A stretch of 44,081 bases of DNA, from UHGV virus genome UHGV-0083269. One strand, 5' to 3'. Both the position numbers and the translations under genes were made by a program. This stretch comes from a virus. A model generated the notes under the pieces. It was not told the DNA's origin. It saw nothing but the letters and a program-made list of their open reading frames with translations, and made no database searches. Of the stretch, positions 16,554-26,936 are shown in pieces. Within the stretch, counting starts at the first letter, position 1. Each line of letters opens with the position of its first letter.

Positions 16554-17293
16554 TCAGTTGCCATGCGACCGTCCTGATTCAGGTAGTACCACTTGCCATT
16601 GATTGTCTGTAAGCCCTTTAGCATGGCCCCGTCGGAGCCGAGATAGTACCAAGACCCTTTGTATTGATACCAGACATCATGAACCATCATGCCGGCACCG
16701 TCGAACCAGTACCAGAGTTCTCCGTCTTTGTACCAGTCATTGGAAACATACTTCCCAGATCCGTCTTTTAAATAGAAGCGCCAGCCGCCATTTTCCTGCT
16801 GCCAGCCTTCTATGATCTTCGGCTTTTCCACGGCTGACCAGGTTTTCATAAACTCTTCCGGAGTTTTATAGAGCTTTTTAATCCCACTGGTACCACTTCC
16901 CCAGTCTGGAAGTTGAAAATGTGGTTTATCTACAATACTCTTCCAGTTTCCACCCCATTCCAAGCCGATGGATGTGCCGATCGCGCCAACCTTGCTAAAA
17001 AATCCATCTGAATCATAATAGGCGCCGCGGCCATCTGCACGATAAATGTCGAAGGCTGTACCCCACTGGTGATAACTGCTGTAACTGCTGCCTGGGGCAT
17101 TGGTCACGATATTTCCCGGTTTTGTACGCCCCTGAGCATATAAATTATCTTGCTCTGCTTTTGTCCTGAGAGTTTCCCCGATTTTGATCTGCAAGCCTTT
17201 GGCGGCACACTTGGAAATCAATTCTGTTGCCAGCTTCTGTAAACGTGGATGGCATAAAGTAATATCTCTCATAATTTCGCCTTTCTTTTGCAC
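16493..17293 (-). CDS. endolysin: peptidase M15 (VanY-like) catalytic domain plus C-terminal cell-wall-binding repeats
   Basis: HQWGTAFD M15 motif. Four choline-binding-type repeats (GWQQENGGWRFYLKDGSGKYV, DGELWYWFDGAGMMV, KGSWYYLGSDGAML, NGKWYYLNQDGRMA). Confidence 0.85.
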   Translation of the reverse strand: MQKKGEIMRDITLCHPRLQKLATELISKCAAKGLQIKIGETLRTKAEQDNLYAQGRTKPGNIVTNAPGSSYSSYHQWGTAFDIYRADGRGAYYDSDGFFSKVGAIGTSIGLEWGGNWKSIVDKPHFQLPDWGSGTSGIKKLYKTPEEFMKTWSAVEKPKIIEGWQQENGGWRFYLKDGSGKYVSNDWYKDGELWYWFDGAGMMVHDVWYQYKGSWYYLGSDGAMLKGLQTINGKWYYLNQDGRMATEPVVLTPDQDGALHYPGLVL

Positions 17294-17302
17294 CGGTGAA
17301 AC

Positions 17303-17434
17303 TTAGTATTTTTCTCCGGTCAACTCCTGATACTCTTCTTCTGTCAGTTTTCCAGCCTGTACCAAAGTTCTAAGTCTATCTTTGTCCCAATATTTTGGAT
17401 AGTATTTTTCAGCCAGGTTCTTTACACTTAACAT
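17303..17434 (-). CDS. XkdX-family small protein, not in ORF track
   Basis: MLSVKNLAEKYYPKYWDKDRLRTLVQAGKLTEEEYQELTGEKY, with the characteristic C-terminal ITxEEYxxITG-like motif. GGAGGAG RBS. Sits between the tail-fibre genes and the lysin, as in PBSX. Confidence 0.5.
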   Translation of the reverse strand: MLSVKNLAEKYYPKYWDKDRLRTLVQAGKLTEEEYQELTGEKY

Positions 17435-17446
17435 ATGCGCTCCTCC

Positions 17447-17857
17447 TTATAAATCGGTTCCTGTCATTACAGCCAAAAAGTCTATGTCAGCTCTATTGTG
17501 TTTCACCTGTTCTGTCACTCCTGGTTGGGACAGAATCAGTGTCACAGCCCTGCCCGTTACAGCTTCAGCTTTTACGCTGCCGTCATCGTTATACGTTGTA
17601 GGCTGTATCTGTGCATTGTCATTTACGCTCTTGGGATTGCCCAAAACAGTATAGCCATCATACACGGATAATGTCTCCCCAGTGCTATTGATGATTTTTA
17701 TCTGATCTGTGTTGGCAGCGTTAGAAAAGATGGCAATCAGATCTTCAAGGTTGTCAGCCGACAAAAATGTCAGCTTAAGGCTGTCACTAAACGCATCAAG
17801 CCCGTTTACTACTAAATCAAATTCTTTTTTATTTTTTAACTTTAATTTTTCATTCAT
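17447..17857 (-). CDS. hypothetical tail-associated protein (likely start MNEKL)
   Basis: ORF track gives 17447..17929. An internal ATG follows an AAAGGAAAAAAAGA RBS. Confidence 0.4.
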   Translation of the reverse strand: MNEKLKLKNKKEFDLVVNGLDAFSDSLKLTFLSADNLEDLIAIFSNAANTDQIKIINSTGETLSVYDGYTVLGNPKSVNDNAQIQPTTYNDDGSVKAEAVTGRAVTLILSQPGVTEQVKHNRADIDFLAVMTGTDL

Positions 17858-18530
17858 TCTTTTTTTCCTTTCTTTTTCCTTTGTACTCAACTTGTAAATT
17901 CTGTTTACATCTTCCGATTTTTCTTCCACATAGTTGTTCCGCTATATAGTAATTTAACGCGGAAATATTATAGCATTAATTCCCAGTTATCAAACCCCAT
18001 ACTTGAAGTATACGGGAATATTTGCGTATTACAATACTGCAATGCAATATGGACATCATCAGATCGTATTCCATCTGGATTTTATCCAAAAATATTGTCT
18101 GGTATATGGGCTCCTGTATCCAGTTCTGATGACCTAAATATTGCTAACGAATACAGGCTATGCATACAAAGTAACGGAGCTGTGGGATTACAGAAAAACG
18201 GAACTAATGTTTCGGATAATACAAGTATTCGTGGACAGGCCATATGGATTATATGATCATTTAAATAAATTTATAGCAGTTATTAGCGCGAATCCTTTAA
18301 TGTATACTTCGTACTGTCTTGTATCTTTATTAAAAGTTACACTATCGGGGCTATCTCCATTAATAGAAGCGTATCTTGCGACAGACTCCCATGTTTTTGA
18401 TAGAATCCCGCAAATTATGTTAACAGCTGCACCTGATGAATCATATTTAAATCCAATAAGAAAGAAACTGTCTCGACTGTTTTTGGCAGGAATTTTTAAT
18501 GTGGCCCCACTACCATTACTACAATATGCG

Positions 18531-19244
18531 TCAGCTTTTATATTTAAATTGATTATTTTTCACGACAACAAGGTAACTAATATAAAAGGAATAATCGGAA
18601 CCAACTGGCGATGTTGTATACGTCTTAAAAGTGGCACCATTATTTTTAACGCTCATTACTTTACAGCCAGCTCCTACATACCCTTGTCCGCCGCATAATG
18701 TCGCAATAACAATAGGATCAGTATAACTTTTTTGAAAACTAATAGATGTGTTGACTTCTTTTGACGATGGATTTATCGGAATTGCGTCAGTTACGCCAAC
18801 TTCTGCGATTTTTATTAAACTGTTTAAATTACTATCTAGCTGATCAATGCTCTGGTTCATGGCGTAGGCCAGTGCCGCAGAAACACCTTTAGTCGCGTCA
18901 TTAGTCTGCACACTTACCAGATCGCTGATTTTAAGTAGCTTAGTGGCAGCCTGATCTACTACCCAATCTATCAAATCCTGTGCAGAAACTGTACCGCCCA
19001 CTTCTCCAAGCACTCCGCTGGTATCCTCTGCCTGTACTGATGCCAGGGCTGTAGGGTTAAAGCCTTTTGCCATCAGCTGATAATTAATGTGATCATCTGT
19101 AGGTGTGATGCCTTGTACAGTCTTCAAGGTAATATACGTACTGTTTTCATACATTACCATTGTAAGTTGTTCATATGCTGTTTCCGGATTGTATTCTCCA
19201 CCATTGGTAAGCATCCACTTACCAAGATCTGTTGTGCTTGCCAC
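18531..19244 (-). CDS. tail fibre protein (N-terminal portion; the frame continues in +1, see findings)
   Basis: 237-aa ORF ending in TGA. A 97-codon open frame with no start follows in the +1 frame (18257..18561). Confidence 0.55.
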   Translation of the reverse strand: MASTTDLGKWMLTNGGEYNPETAYEQLTMVMYENSTYITLKTVQGITPTDDHINYQLMAKGFNPTALASVQAEDTSGVLGEVGGTVSAQDLIDWVVDQAATKLLKISDLVSVQTNDATKGVSAALAYAMNQSIDQLDSNLNSLIKIAEVGVTDAIPINPSSKEVNTSISFQKSYTDPIVIATLCGGQGYVGAGCKVMSVKNNGATFKTYTTSPVGSDYSFYISYLVVVKNNQFKYKS

Positions 19245-20077
19245 TATGCCACCTCCACTAATACATGGTTATTTTCAACTTTAACTGTTACTGTTTTTCC
19301 TTGTTTGCACATCAAATGCCCTGTTGATGCATCCAGATAAAACTCCGGTAAGATCAGATTTGCATATGTCCCAGCCTTTTCAGCTTCTTCTTTCGCCTTT
19401 TCGCTATAATATTTGCTGTTATCAGTATCTTCCCCTGTTCTGGAACCAGTACCACCCACAGCATAGCTTATAGATGATTTATTATATGCCTCTGCCTCTT
19501 GCGCTGCTGTCTGAGCATCAAGCATATACTGCCGTAAAGTCTTCTGCAATGTAGGCTCTAGCTTATCTGCTGTTATTGACCCGTCTACCACATTTGCAGA
19601 TATAGTCGTTCCATCCAGGTTCATTGCAATAGTCGCTGTACTGGAAACGTTATAAACAAAACGCTGGAAGCTGATCTTCTTTATGGTTCCGTCCTGCTGG
19701 ACCAGTACGAGATTACCGTCTTCGTCCAGATCAAGCTTCGTTGGCATCATCTCAATAGGAAAATCTACCGTTTCTACAGTGCCATCCTTATGTGTTACAG
19801 TTACAATCCAAGTGGATGTGTCAACTTCCCATCCAGTTATAAATTTGGCCGCATCCGATGCTTCCAGTTTGTCCTGGGATAGGCCAAGGATATATTGCGC
19901 ACATTGCAGGATACCATTATCCATATGGCGCAGATTTGTCTTGCCAACTGGTGTGGATGTGTCCGGGTAGTTCACCCAGCCTATAATGCTATAAAACAGC
20001 TCACTCAGCTTCATTCTTTGCTTCCTTTCCGGACTGCTGTGGTTTTTCCGGGATTTCTTTAACGATTCCACTGTCAA
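19244..20077 (-). CDS. phage tail / fibre-associated structural protein
   Basis: 277-aa ORF in the tail-fibre block. The real start is possibly MKLSELF near 20010. Confidence 0.45.
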   Translation of the reverse strand: MTVESLKKSRKNHSSPERKQRMKLSELFYSIIGWVNYPDTSTPVGKTNLRHMDNGILQCAQYILGLSQDKLEASDAAKFITGWEVDTSTWIVTVTHKDGTVETVDFPIEMMPTKLDLDEDGNLVLVQQDGTIKKISFQRFVYNVSSTATIAMNLDGTTISANVVDGSITADKLEPTLQKTLRQYMLDAQTAAQEAEAYNKSSISYAVGGTGSRTGEDTDNSKYYSEKAKEEAEKAGTYANLILPEFYLDASTGHLMCKQGKTVTVKVENNHVLVEVA

Positions 20078-20198
20078 GGATAGCCGCAGCCTGTGCCATA
20101 AGCTTTATATTGTCAAATCCTTTTACAGCCACCATATTAAGTAGTGCTGTTAAAAGCTGGATATCCTCTTTTTTGTACTCTACCTTAGCCATGATCAA
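20001..20198 (-). CDS. small hypothetical structural-module protein
   Basis: 65-aa ORF. Confidence 0.3.
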   Translation of the reverse strand: MIMAKVEYKKEDIQLLTALLNMVAVKGFDNIKLMAQAAAILDSGIVKEIPEKPQQSGKEAKNEAE

Positions 20199-22221
20199 CC
20201 TCCACTCTCCGCAGGATAAATTGCAATGCCTTTACTATCACCGGGATGTAATTTATGTACGGGATGGAATAATATTTACCATTTTTAGTATACAATGGCA
20301 TTTCCGTGCCCAGATCTGCACACATTTTTTTTACTTCCTGTGCAATAAATCCCAGGCTTTCCGCATCGTTTACATTCAGTGCATAGGCTACCGGCCGCAG
20401 CCCTTTTATCACTTCTACAGCAAGCTTTTCATGAACATCTCTGATGTCATGTTTTAATCTTATGTCTGACCAGGTTTCCCCAGCCATTGATGAATAAACG
20501 CTTACACAGCTTATTCGATTAGCATCGATATTTTGGCAGTTAATCGCTCCTGAAAAATCCGCTCCTGAATTAAATACCGCATTACCTCCAACTTCCAGAT
20601 GGTTTGTGTAAATCGTACTCGCACCGATTGAACTCGTATTCGCAGTTCCATCAATTTCTGCACCGGTAATCTTCAGTTTTCCATTTGCCAATGTAATACT
20701 TCCATCATTGGTTTTGAAACTGTTCGCCACCACATCACCTGTAAATGATCCGCTGCTTGCTGTCAGTTTACCGTCTGCCGTCATAGAGGAATATGTGGAA
20801 CTCCAGCTAAAACGATTCCCTTTTATGCTGATCCCACCGGTTTCCACCGAAAGCTGATTTGATACGTCTCCCTGGCTGACTTTCAGTTCAATCTTATCAC
20901 TGACTACGTTAATAGCTGATCTCAGTTCTGCTTCCTGACCGGTAGCTCTCGTAACTTCCAGGGAAATCTGATTAGCCATCTGGATAAACTTGGAATTGGT
21001 TCCCTCTTCCAGATTGGTAAGTTCATTTGATATTTCTTCTACAGATCGCTTAAGAATAGCAGATAAGCCTTTTATCTGTATCAATTCACTTTCAATGCTA
21101 AAAGGTCTTGATAATTCCTGACTTCCAGTGCTTTCATAGCTGTCCATAGCTCCCTGAATGCCCGTAAAGGTTCTTTTCATCACAAGGGTATTAACTATCC
21201 CGTCTGTAGTCTCCAGACTGATCCTATCCCCTATTTCAATCCACGGGGAACCGTTTGTAGATATGGTTGCGGGCTGGTATTCCAGACCGTTTACGACGTT
21301 TTTAATGTTATTGGCAATTCCTATCATCTCTGATGTGGTCTTGCCATATACCAGCATGTTTCCTTCAATGATATAAACATTTTGACCGTCTCCCGTGCTG
21401 GTTCCGCCTATGTCTCCTTCTTCCTGACGGATCTGTACGGTATCTATATCTGGAACTGTGTACTCTTCACTCTCGGCATTCTGATAGATTGTGATCCGCG
21501 CGGATATATCCTCTTTTTCCGGAAGTGCGATATACCGCAGTTCCCCGTTCTTATTGATGTTTCCAAATACTCCATTGATCTGGCAGATCTGCTGCAGTAC
21601 TTCCCGCCCTTTCAAAGCTGTAGGATTTATGGTCTTTTCTACCTGCATTTCATCATTAACAAGAACTGCATTTTCTTCCCGCACACCTACAAATGAACAG
21701 AGTGATTTACGAAATGCTTTTAATGTCATTGGAAAACTCAATGCATTATACCAACCGGACACATCTACATCAAAACGCTGCATCCTGTCATAGGCTATTA
21801 TCTTTCTGGTATTCTTGTCTTCCTGCTTGGGTGTAGACTCTACTTTAAACAAGCCCAGGATTATGTTATAGCCACCAAATGACTCTGTAGCCATAAATTC
21901 GCGGCCTGAAATACTCTGGGTCAGTCCCGTTACTGTGATTTCAAACCGGGCTGCCTCACACGATCCAAAGCTTAGATCTTCGTCTGAACACAGGCTTTCT
22001 GTAATGGCAAGGGAATCTGTTACTATCTGATCATCTTCTATGGAAAAATCCACAGCGTCCGCAGACATTTCAGAAGGATATAAATCCTCTGAAGGATACA
22101 GTGTTTCAGACGGGTATAGAGCATGATATTCTTCTTTAAAAAAAGTCAGCTTAAGACTTTTTCCACCATATTCGTTAAACAGGTCTTTATAAACCTGATC
22201 GATCTCTATCATCTGCTCCAC
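20185..22221 (-). CDS. tail protein (prophage endopeptidase-tail-like) with C-terminal intramolecular-chaperone (peptidase S74) domain
   Basis: 678 aa. The C-terminal WSDIRLKHDIRDV...LGFIAQEV matches the S74 autoproteolytic chaperone signature of tail spikes/fibres. Confidence 0.65.
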   Translation of the reverse strand: MEQMIEIDQVYKDLFNEYGGKSLKLTFFKEEYHALYPSETLYPSEDLYPSEMSADAVDFSIEDDQIVTDSLAITESLCSDEDLSFGSCEAARFEITVTGLTQSISGREFMATESFGGYNIILGLFKVESTPKQEDKNTRKIIAYDRMQRFDVDVSGWYNALSFPMTLKAFRKSLCSFVGVREENAVLVNDEMQVEKTINPTALKGREVLQQICQINGVFGNINKNGELRYIALPEKEDISARITIYQNAESEEYTVPDIDTVQIRQEEGDIGGTSTGDGQNVYIIEGNMLVYGKTTSEMIGIANNIKNVVNGLEYQPATISTNGSPWIEIGDRISLETTDGIVNTLVMKRTFTGIQGAMDSYESTGSQELSRPFSIESELIQIKGLSAILKRSVEEISNELTNLEEGTNSKFIQMANQISLEVTRATGQEAELRSAINVVSDKIELKVSQGDVSNQLSVETGGISIKGNRFSWSSTYSSMTADGKLTASSGSFTGDVVANSFKTNDGSITLANGKLKITGAEIDGTANTSSIGASTIYTNHLEVGGNAVFNSGADFSGAINCQNIDANRISCVSVYSSMAGETWSDIRLKHDIRDVHEKLAVEVIKGLRPVAYALNVNDAESLGFIAQEVKKMCADLGTEMPLYTKNGKYYSIPYINYIPVIVKALQFILRRVEVDHG

Positions 22222-22224
22222 TCC

Positions 22225-22638
22225 TTAATACTGGATCATTTCAATGGTTACTTTCTCATAGTACATTTCACCGGTGTCATTGTCTGCTATGTGGTCAATA
22301 GCAAACTCTGTATCTGGGATATAAAAAGAACCGGTGCCATATACACATGTATCTAAATTCCAGTAGGTCACTCTGTACTTCTTTTGGGTAGCATCCTGCA
22401 AGCCATTGGCCTTAATAGAATTAAACAGATCCTTTTCCCTCTGGGATAATGGTCTCAATTCCAGATTAAGAGTCGTTTTGAAATTAGGAGAGGTCACCCT
22501 CTGCAAGGACTCATTATTATCTCGCCAAGCCTTTTTCTCTATTCGCTGGTCCGGTGTTGACCTGTACCGGGTAAGGAAACTGTTTGGGAGCTGTGTGTTC
22601 CCAAACATTACCAGATAACCTCTATAGTCTTTCTGCAT
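22225..22638 (-). CDS. phage tail component (distal-tail-like)
   Basis: 137 aa, immediately downstream of the TMP gene. Confidence 0.45.
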   Translation of the reverse strand: MQKDYRGYLVMFGNTQLPNSFLTRYRSTPDQRIEKKAWRDNNESLQRVTSPNFKTTLNLELRPLSQREKDLFNSIKANGLQDATQKKYRVTYWNLDTCVYGTGSFYIPDTEFAIDHIADNDTGEMYYEKVTIEMIQY

Positions 22639-22648
22639 GCCTTACCTC

Positions 22649-25429
22649 CTACACTAAGACAGGATTTTTTCCCGTCCTTTTCTTTTCCTGACGGACAAAT
22701 TTAACAGTAGATGCGCCCATTTCTTTTCCATCCAGATAGATGTATCCTACAATATCGCCACCACCCAAGCCGCCGGATTCCTGTAATGCTTCCTTAAGGG
22801 CCTGCTTCATGGTAGACAGCGGGGATACAACTTCCGTTTCCTTTTTGTTATCGCCCAGGATAGCCGCAAATTCACCGGCACGTGGCGGTACTACTGTTCC
22901 TGATGCAAGACGTGGAAGTCTAACTGTAGATATATCAAATCCAAAATGCTGACCACCGGCAACCGGTGACCATTCCGGGATATCAAAGCTGATTTTATTT
23001 AATCCGCTGATAATGCTATTAACGGCGATTTCAACAAGCGCCACAATTCCATTAAAGACGCTCTTGAAAATGTCTTTAATGCCATTCAGCGCCGTTTCTA
23101 TATCCAAAGTAAGTACGCCCTGGATAAATTCAAGCAGCCCAGTTAAAACGCCTGTAACGCCTTCTCCTACAGCACCTACCACTGACAAGAATGTATTAAA
23201 AAATCCTCCTATGTTCTCAATAGCATTGCCTATTAATGGTGCAAATGTCTGCACAATCCAATCCAATAAGGGCATTAATAATTGATTCCATGCGGCAGTC
23301 AATGTATCTGCCAATTGTCCAACCATATCCGCAAAGCTGCTGAAAAACGGCTGTAAATACTGATTTTTTACTTCTGTAAATTTATCAGCCACCTTCTGCA
23401 AAGCTGGTAAAATGTACGTATTAAAAGCTGTCAATGCGCTTCCATATATCTTCGTAAATCCTTCTGCAAATGCGTCAAACATTGGAGCTATATGTTCGTC
23501 ATAGGCCTGATTTATTTCATCCAATGCCACTGTAAACACATCTTTAATGTCACCCATGACCTGAGCAACAACGCCTAATATATTATCCAAAGCATTTTTG
23601 AACTCATCCTTGTTGTTTATAAATGGGGTAGTGAGCGTATCTAAAAAATCTCGACCTGTTTTGGCAAACAGTTCGCTCAATCCCATAAAAGCATTTGAAA
23701 AAAATCCAATCAAATTCGCTGTAAAAGTCTGACCGTTTTCATCTGAGAAAGCGCTAAATACATACGCAAAAGCCTCAGAAAAATTTGCTACAATATCCGA
23801 TATATCACCAGTTATATCAAACATATCTATGATATATTGTTTGATGCGATCCTGAGCATCTTCTAAGTATTGTGCAAATCCGCCGATCAAATTTGTAGCC
23901 AGTGTGACGCCTATAGAAGCAATCGAACCTGCAATGACTCCCAGATCATAAACAACTTTTTCTCCCCAGACTTTAGCAGCGTTCTGAACTTTAGCATCAG
24001 AAAAAATGTTACTAAAGCTGTCTTTTATACGCTGTAATCCACTTATGATGGTTGCAAATCTTGAAGTTGTGTCTCCAAGACCTACTTTAAAGCCTTTAGC
24101 AAATAGCGCGGCTATATCATTCCATTTCTTCTTTACTGCATCTAATGCCTTTGTCAAAGCGCTGGAAACTGCTACAGTTTCAAACATCTCAGATGGAGAT
24201 ACTCCGCCACTACCTCCGCCATTTCCAGAAGAACTATCATCTTTTTTTACATTTAGCTTATCAAATGCGGCCAGCTCTTCTTTGGCGTCTTTTGCAGCGC
24301 TTCCAGTCTTTTTTAGTGACTTCGCATAATCCTGCTGAACCTTGGTAGCCTTGACTACAGTACTTTTCCCTGTCAAAGCCGCCATAAACTGAGCGATTGC
24401 CGTAACCGCAGTGTTGAGAAGTCCAATCAAGTAATTTAAAGCTGGAGCCACCGCTGACAAAATAGGGGCAAACGCTGTTGCAAAGCTGTTCTTTAGCTGA
24501 GTAAGTGACGACATCAAACTAGAGATATCTTTATTTGTGTTTCCAGAGTACTGGGCCAAATTCTTAAAGCCATCAACTAAAGCGCCTCTTATCTTGCTAA
24601 ATAGCGCATATAGCGATCGAATGCCTAATCCATATTTAATCAGATTTTTCAAACTCAGCGCAGTGGAGTTCGCATTCTTGCCAATTTTTTTAATTCCATC
24701 TGCAGCTTTTTGTGTCATGCCTCCCGCAAGCCTTTTTACGTTGTTATTTAAGGCTGACATTCTTTTTTGTGCATTATCAATGCCATTGCTATAGTTAGAC
24801 GTTGATCCCGCTGCATTCTCCAAGATACCGCCATACTCCTGCACCTTCTGTTTTAGAGACATAAAGGATGTATTCAGCCGGTTATTTGTATCCTCAAGCT
24901 TTTGCTGTTCAGCTTCCAGCTGGGCTGCTGCCTTCTGAGCGGCAGGTGTATCCGCCCCAGAAGTAAATGCACCGCCACTTTTTTCAAGATCTTCTTTTTC
25001 GGCCTTTGCGTACTCAAGGGTCTTTTTCAGCTGTTCAATTTCGTATTGCATGCCAGCATAAGCTTTGCTGTTCGTTTTGCCTCCGGTGTTTACAAATTTT
25101 TCCTGACGTTCAGTCAACGCCGCAAGCTTTTTTTCTGTTTCGTCAATTTGTTTTTGGATCGCTTTATACTCTTCCGTTGGAATCTTCTGGTTGTTAAACT
25201 CTTCAACTTTTTGCTTTAAAGCTTCAACCTTTTTTTCCTGAGCTGCATACTGAGCATTCAGCTTCGAGAAAGCATCCAGTTGCTTCTGAAGTGCGATCTT
25301 GGCTTTATCTCCTACATTACTGACTGTTTTGGCCATACGTTTGGCAGCCAGCTCTATGTCTTTGGATCCAGCCTTAAAGCCATCATCTGCTATGGTTGTA
25401 TCGATAACTATTGTTCCATCTGCCTGCAC
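22649..25429 (-). CDS. tail tape measure protein (TMP)
   Basis: 926 aa, Ala/Gly/Lys-rich with extended coiled-coil. Canonical position after the chaperone pair. Confidence 0.85.
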   Translation of the reverse strand: MQADGTIVIDTTIADDGFKAGSKDIELAAKRMAKTVSNVGDKAKIALQKQLDAFSKLNAQYAAQEKKVEALKQKVEEFNNQKIPTEEYKAIQKQIDETEKKLAALTERQEKFVNTGGKTNSKAYAGMQYEIEQLKKTLEYAKAEKEDLEKSGGAFTSGADTPAAQKAAAQLEAEQQKLEDTNNRLNTSFMSLKQKVQEYGGILENAAGSTSNYSNGIDNAQKRMSALNNNVKRLAGGMTQKAADGIKKIGKNANSTALSLKNLIKYGLGIRSLYALFSKIRGALVDGFKNLAQYSGNTNKDISSLMSSLTQLKNSFATAFAPILSAVAPALNYLIGLLNTAVTAIAQFMAALTGKSTVVKATKVQQDYAKSLKKTGSAAKDAKEELAAFDKLNVKKDDSSSGNGGGSGGVSPSEMFETVAVSSALTKALDAVKKKWNDIAALFAKGFKVGLGDTTSRFATIISGLQRIKDSFSNIFSDAKVQNAAKVWGEKVVYDLGVIAGSIASIGVTLATNLIGGFAQYLEDAQDRIKQYIIDMFDITGDISDIVANFSEAFAYVFSAFSDENGQTFTANLIGFFSNAFMGLSELFAKTGRDFLDTLTTPFINNKDEFKNALDNILGVVAQVMGDIKDVFTVALDEINQAYDEHIAPMFDAFAEGFTKIYGSALTAFNTYILPALQKVADKFTEVKNQYLQPFFSSFADMVGQLADTLTAAWNQLLMPLLDWIVQTFAPLIGNAIENIGGFFNTFLSVVGAVGEGVTGVLTGLLEFIQGVLTLDIETALNGIKDIFKSVFNGIVALVEIAVNSIISGLNKISFDIPEWSPVAGGQHFGFDISTVRLPRLASGTVVPPRAGEFAAILGDNKKETEVVSPLSTMKQALKEALQESGGLGGGDIVGYIYLDGKEMGASTVKFVRQEKKRTGKNPVLV

Positions 25430-25441
25430 GCTTACGCCTCC

Positions 25442-26002
25442 TTACAGCCATTTTTCAAGGTTCTCAATCTCTTTTTTCTGTTCTTCGCTCTGCACAGTTG
25501 GGAGTTTTACCAGATCGCTGTTTTCCCGTTCAAACTCTCTTTCCCATTTTTCCAGCTTTTTATGCTTAGCTTTTTTTTGACGTATGGACAGTACTTGTGA
25601 AAAAAGGCCATCCTCAATCTCCATAAAATAGCCTAAAAACGTCCACCAGTGCATATATTTTTCTGCGCGCAGCTCTCGCCCAGCCACTTTATTGACTGCT
25701 GGCATGATCATAGCCGCATCACGCTGCCAGTCAATCACTTTTTTCTGTGGCTTTTTCCTAGTATCTTCCATGCCGCCATCTATAAAATCTGCTGCCTTTT
25801 TGCATGCCTCTGCATAGCAGTGTGCCGGAATCTGATTCGCATCTTTATATAGGATTTGATACATAACATCCTGCTTTTCAATGTCACTTAAATCCGGATC
25901 CTCGCAGGCTATGAGAATATCCAGCACGGCTCTAAAATCCGACTGGATATCATACTCATTTCCCTCAATATTTATTGTTGTCGGAAGTCCATAACCTATC
26001 AT
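25442..26002 (-). CDS. tail assembly chaperone (Gp15-like)
   Basis: 186 aa, upstream of the TMP gene. Confidence 0.45.
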   Translation of the reverse strand: MIGYGLPTTINIEGNEYDIQSDFRAVLDILIACEDPDLSDIEKQDVMYQILYKDANQIPAHCYAEACKKAADFIDGGMEDTRKKPQKKVIDWQRDAAMIMPAVNKVAGRELRAEKYMHWWTFLGYFMEIEDGLFSQVLSIRQKKAKHKKLEKWEREFERENSDLVKLPTVQSEEQKKEIENLEKWL

Positions 26003-26406
26003 TTTTTATACTTCTCTGTGTACTTCTTTACCTTTGCGCTGGTTTTACGGATTCGCACATCCAGCTCTTTTTCAATAAACGATGCCAGCACATTCATGAC
26101 ATACTCACATAAAAGAGTACCGTCCGGGCGTGGTGTGAAAGGATTTGCACCTGCAAAAAGATCCTCTGAAGCATGAGTATTTAACAGATAATCAAACAGC
26201 TCTGACACCTTATCGGATGCCGCATACAATTTGTCTATGTCATCCCCTTCCGGAAGCTGTATATTTTCAAATTCTGCTGTTACTTTCTCATAGCGTTTTA
26301 CTATATCCAGATCCGCAGGGTTCCAGTAAAATCCGCCTGTCACATTTCCTTTGCTGTCAACAATATCGATCCACTCCCGGTTATCCAGTACCAACTGCTT
26401 TCCCAT
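25999..26406 (-). CDS. tail assembly chaperone
   Basis: 135 aa. Overlaps the start of the downstream chaperone by 4 nt. Confidence 0.45.
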   Translation of the reverse strand: MGKQLVLDNREWIDIVDSKGNVTGGFYWNPADLDIVKRYEKVTAEFENIQLPEGDDIDKLYAASDKVSELFDYLLNTHASEDLFAGANPFTPRPDGTLLCEYVMNVLASFIEKELDVRIRKTSAKVKKYTEKYKK

Positions 26407-26417
26407 TTAAATCTCCT

Positions 26418-26915
26418 TTAACCTAAATCTGATGGTGTGAATGTTTTCTTGCTTACATCCCATGTACCTTTAACCCTGTTTCCAGCTTTGTACACAGTAA
26501 ATGGAGTCTGTATGCCGGATGTATCGCCGCCTACACTGTTCGGGATTAAGTAAACATCTTCTCTATAAGCCCATACTGCAGTAGGCGCAGCATCCTCGGT
26601 TAATCCTGGCTTTAACAGCACATCAACCATAGTGGTCTTGCACTTATCGCCTGTGGCTCTTGTATTGGCCAGATCCATGATCTTGTTGCTGAGCGTATCG
26701 TCATATTCTTCGTAGTAAAAAGGATCTACATCTGACTGTACTTCATAGCCTGAATGCTGCACTGACTGTTCGCCTAAGATGTTTTTTGTAATCTCAACAT
26801 CAGGGTTCAGCTCTTCATTGTACTCTTCCAGGTTTTTTCCGATTCTTACATAAGTCGGAGTTGATGTGCTAAAAGCTGCGTCAATGTAATGCGCCAAGTA
26901 CTTACGTTCAATCAT
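26418..26915 (-). CDS. major tail protein (putative)
   Basis: 165 aa. Positional call. Confidence 0.45.
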   Translation of the reverse strand: MIERKYLAHYIDAAFSTSTPTYVRIGKNLEEYNEELNPDVEITKNILGEQSVQHSGYEVQSDVDPFYYEEYDDTLSNKIMDLANTRATGDKCKTTMVDVLLKPGLTEDAAPTAVWAYREDVYLIPNSVGGDTSGIQTPFTVYKAGNRVKGTWDVSKKTFTPSDLG

Positions 26916-26936
26916 GCTATTATTTCCTTTCTATGG

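Noticed and set aside
18141-18698. 185-aa plus-strand ORF in the tail-fibre region
   Set aside because: It overlaps the certain C-terminus of the minus-strand fibre gene. It is better explained as the shadow of the +1-frame fibre continuation. Its status is not fully excluded.
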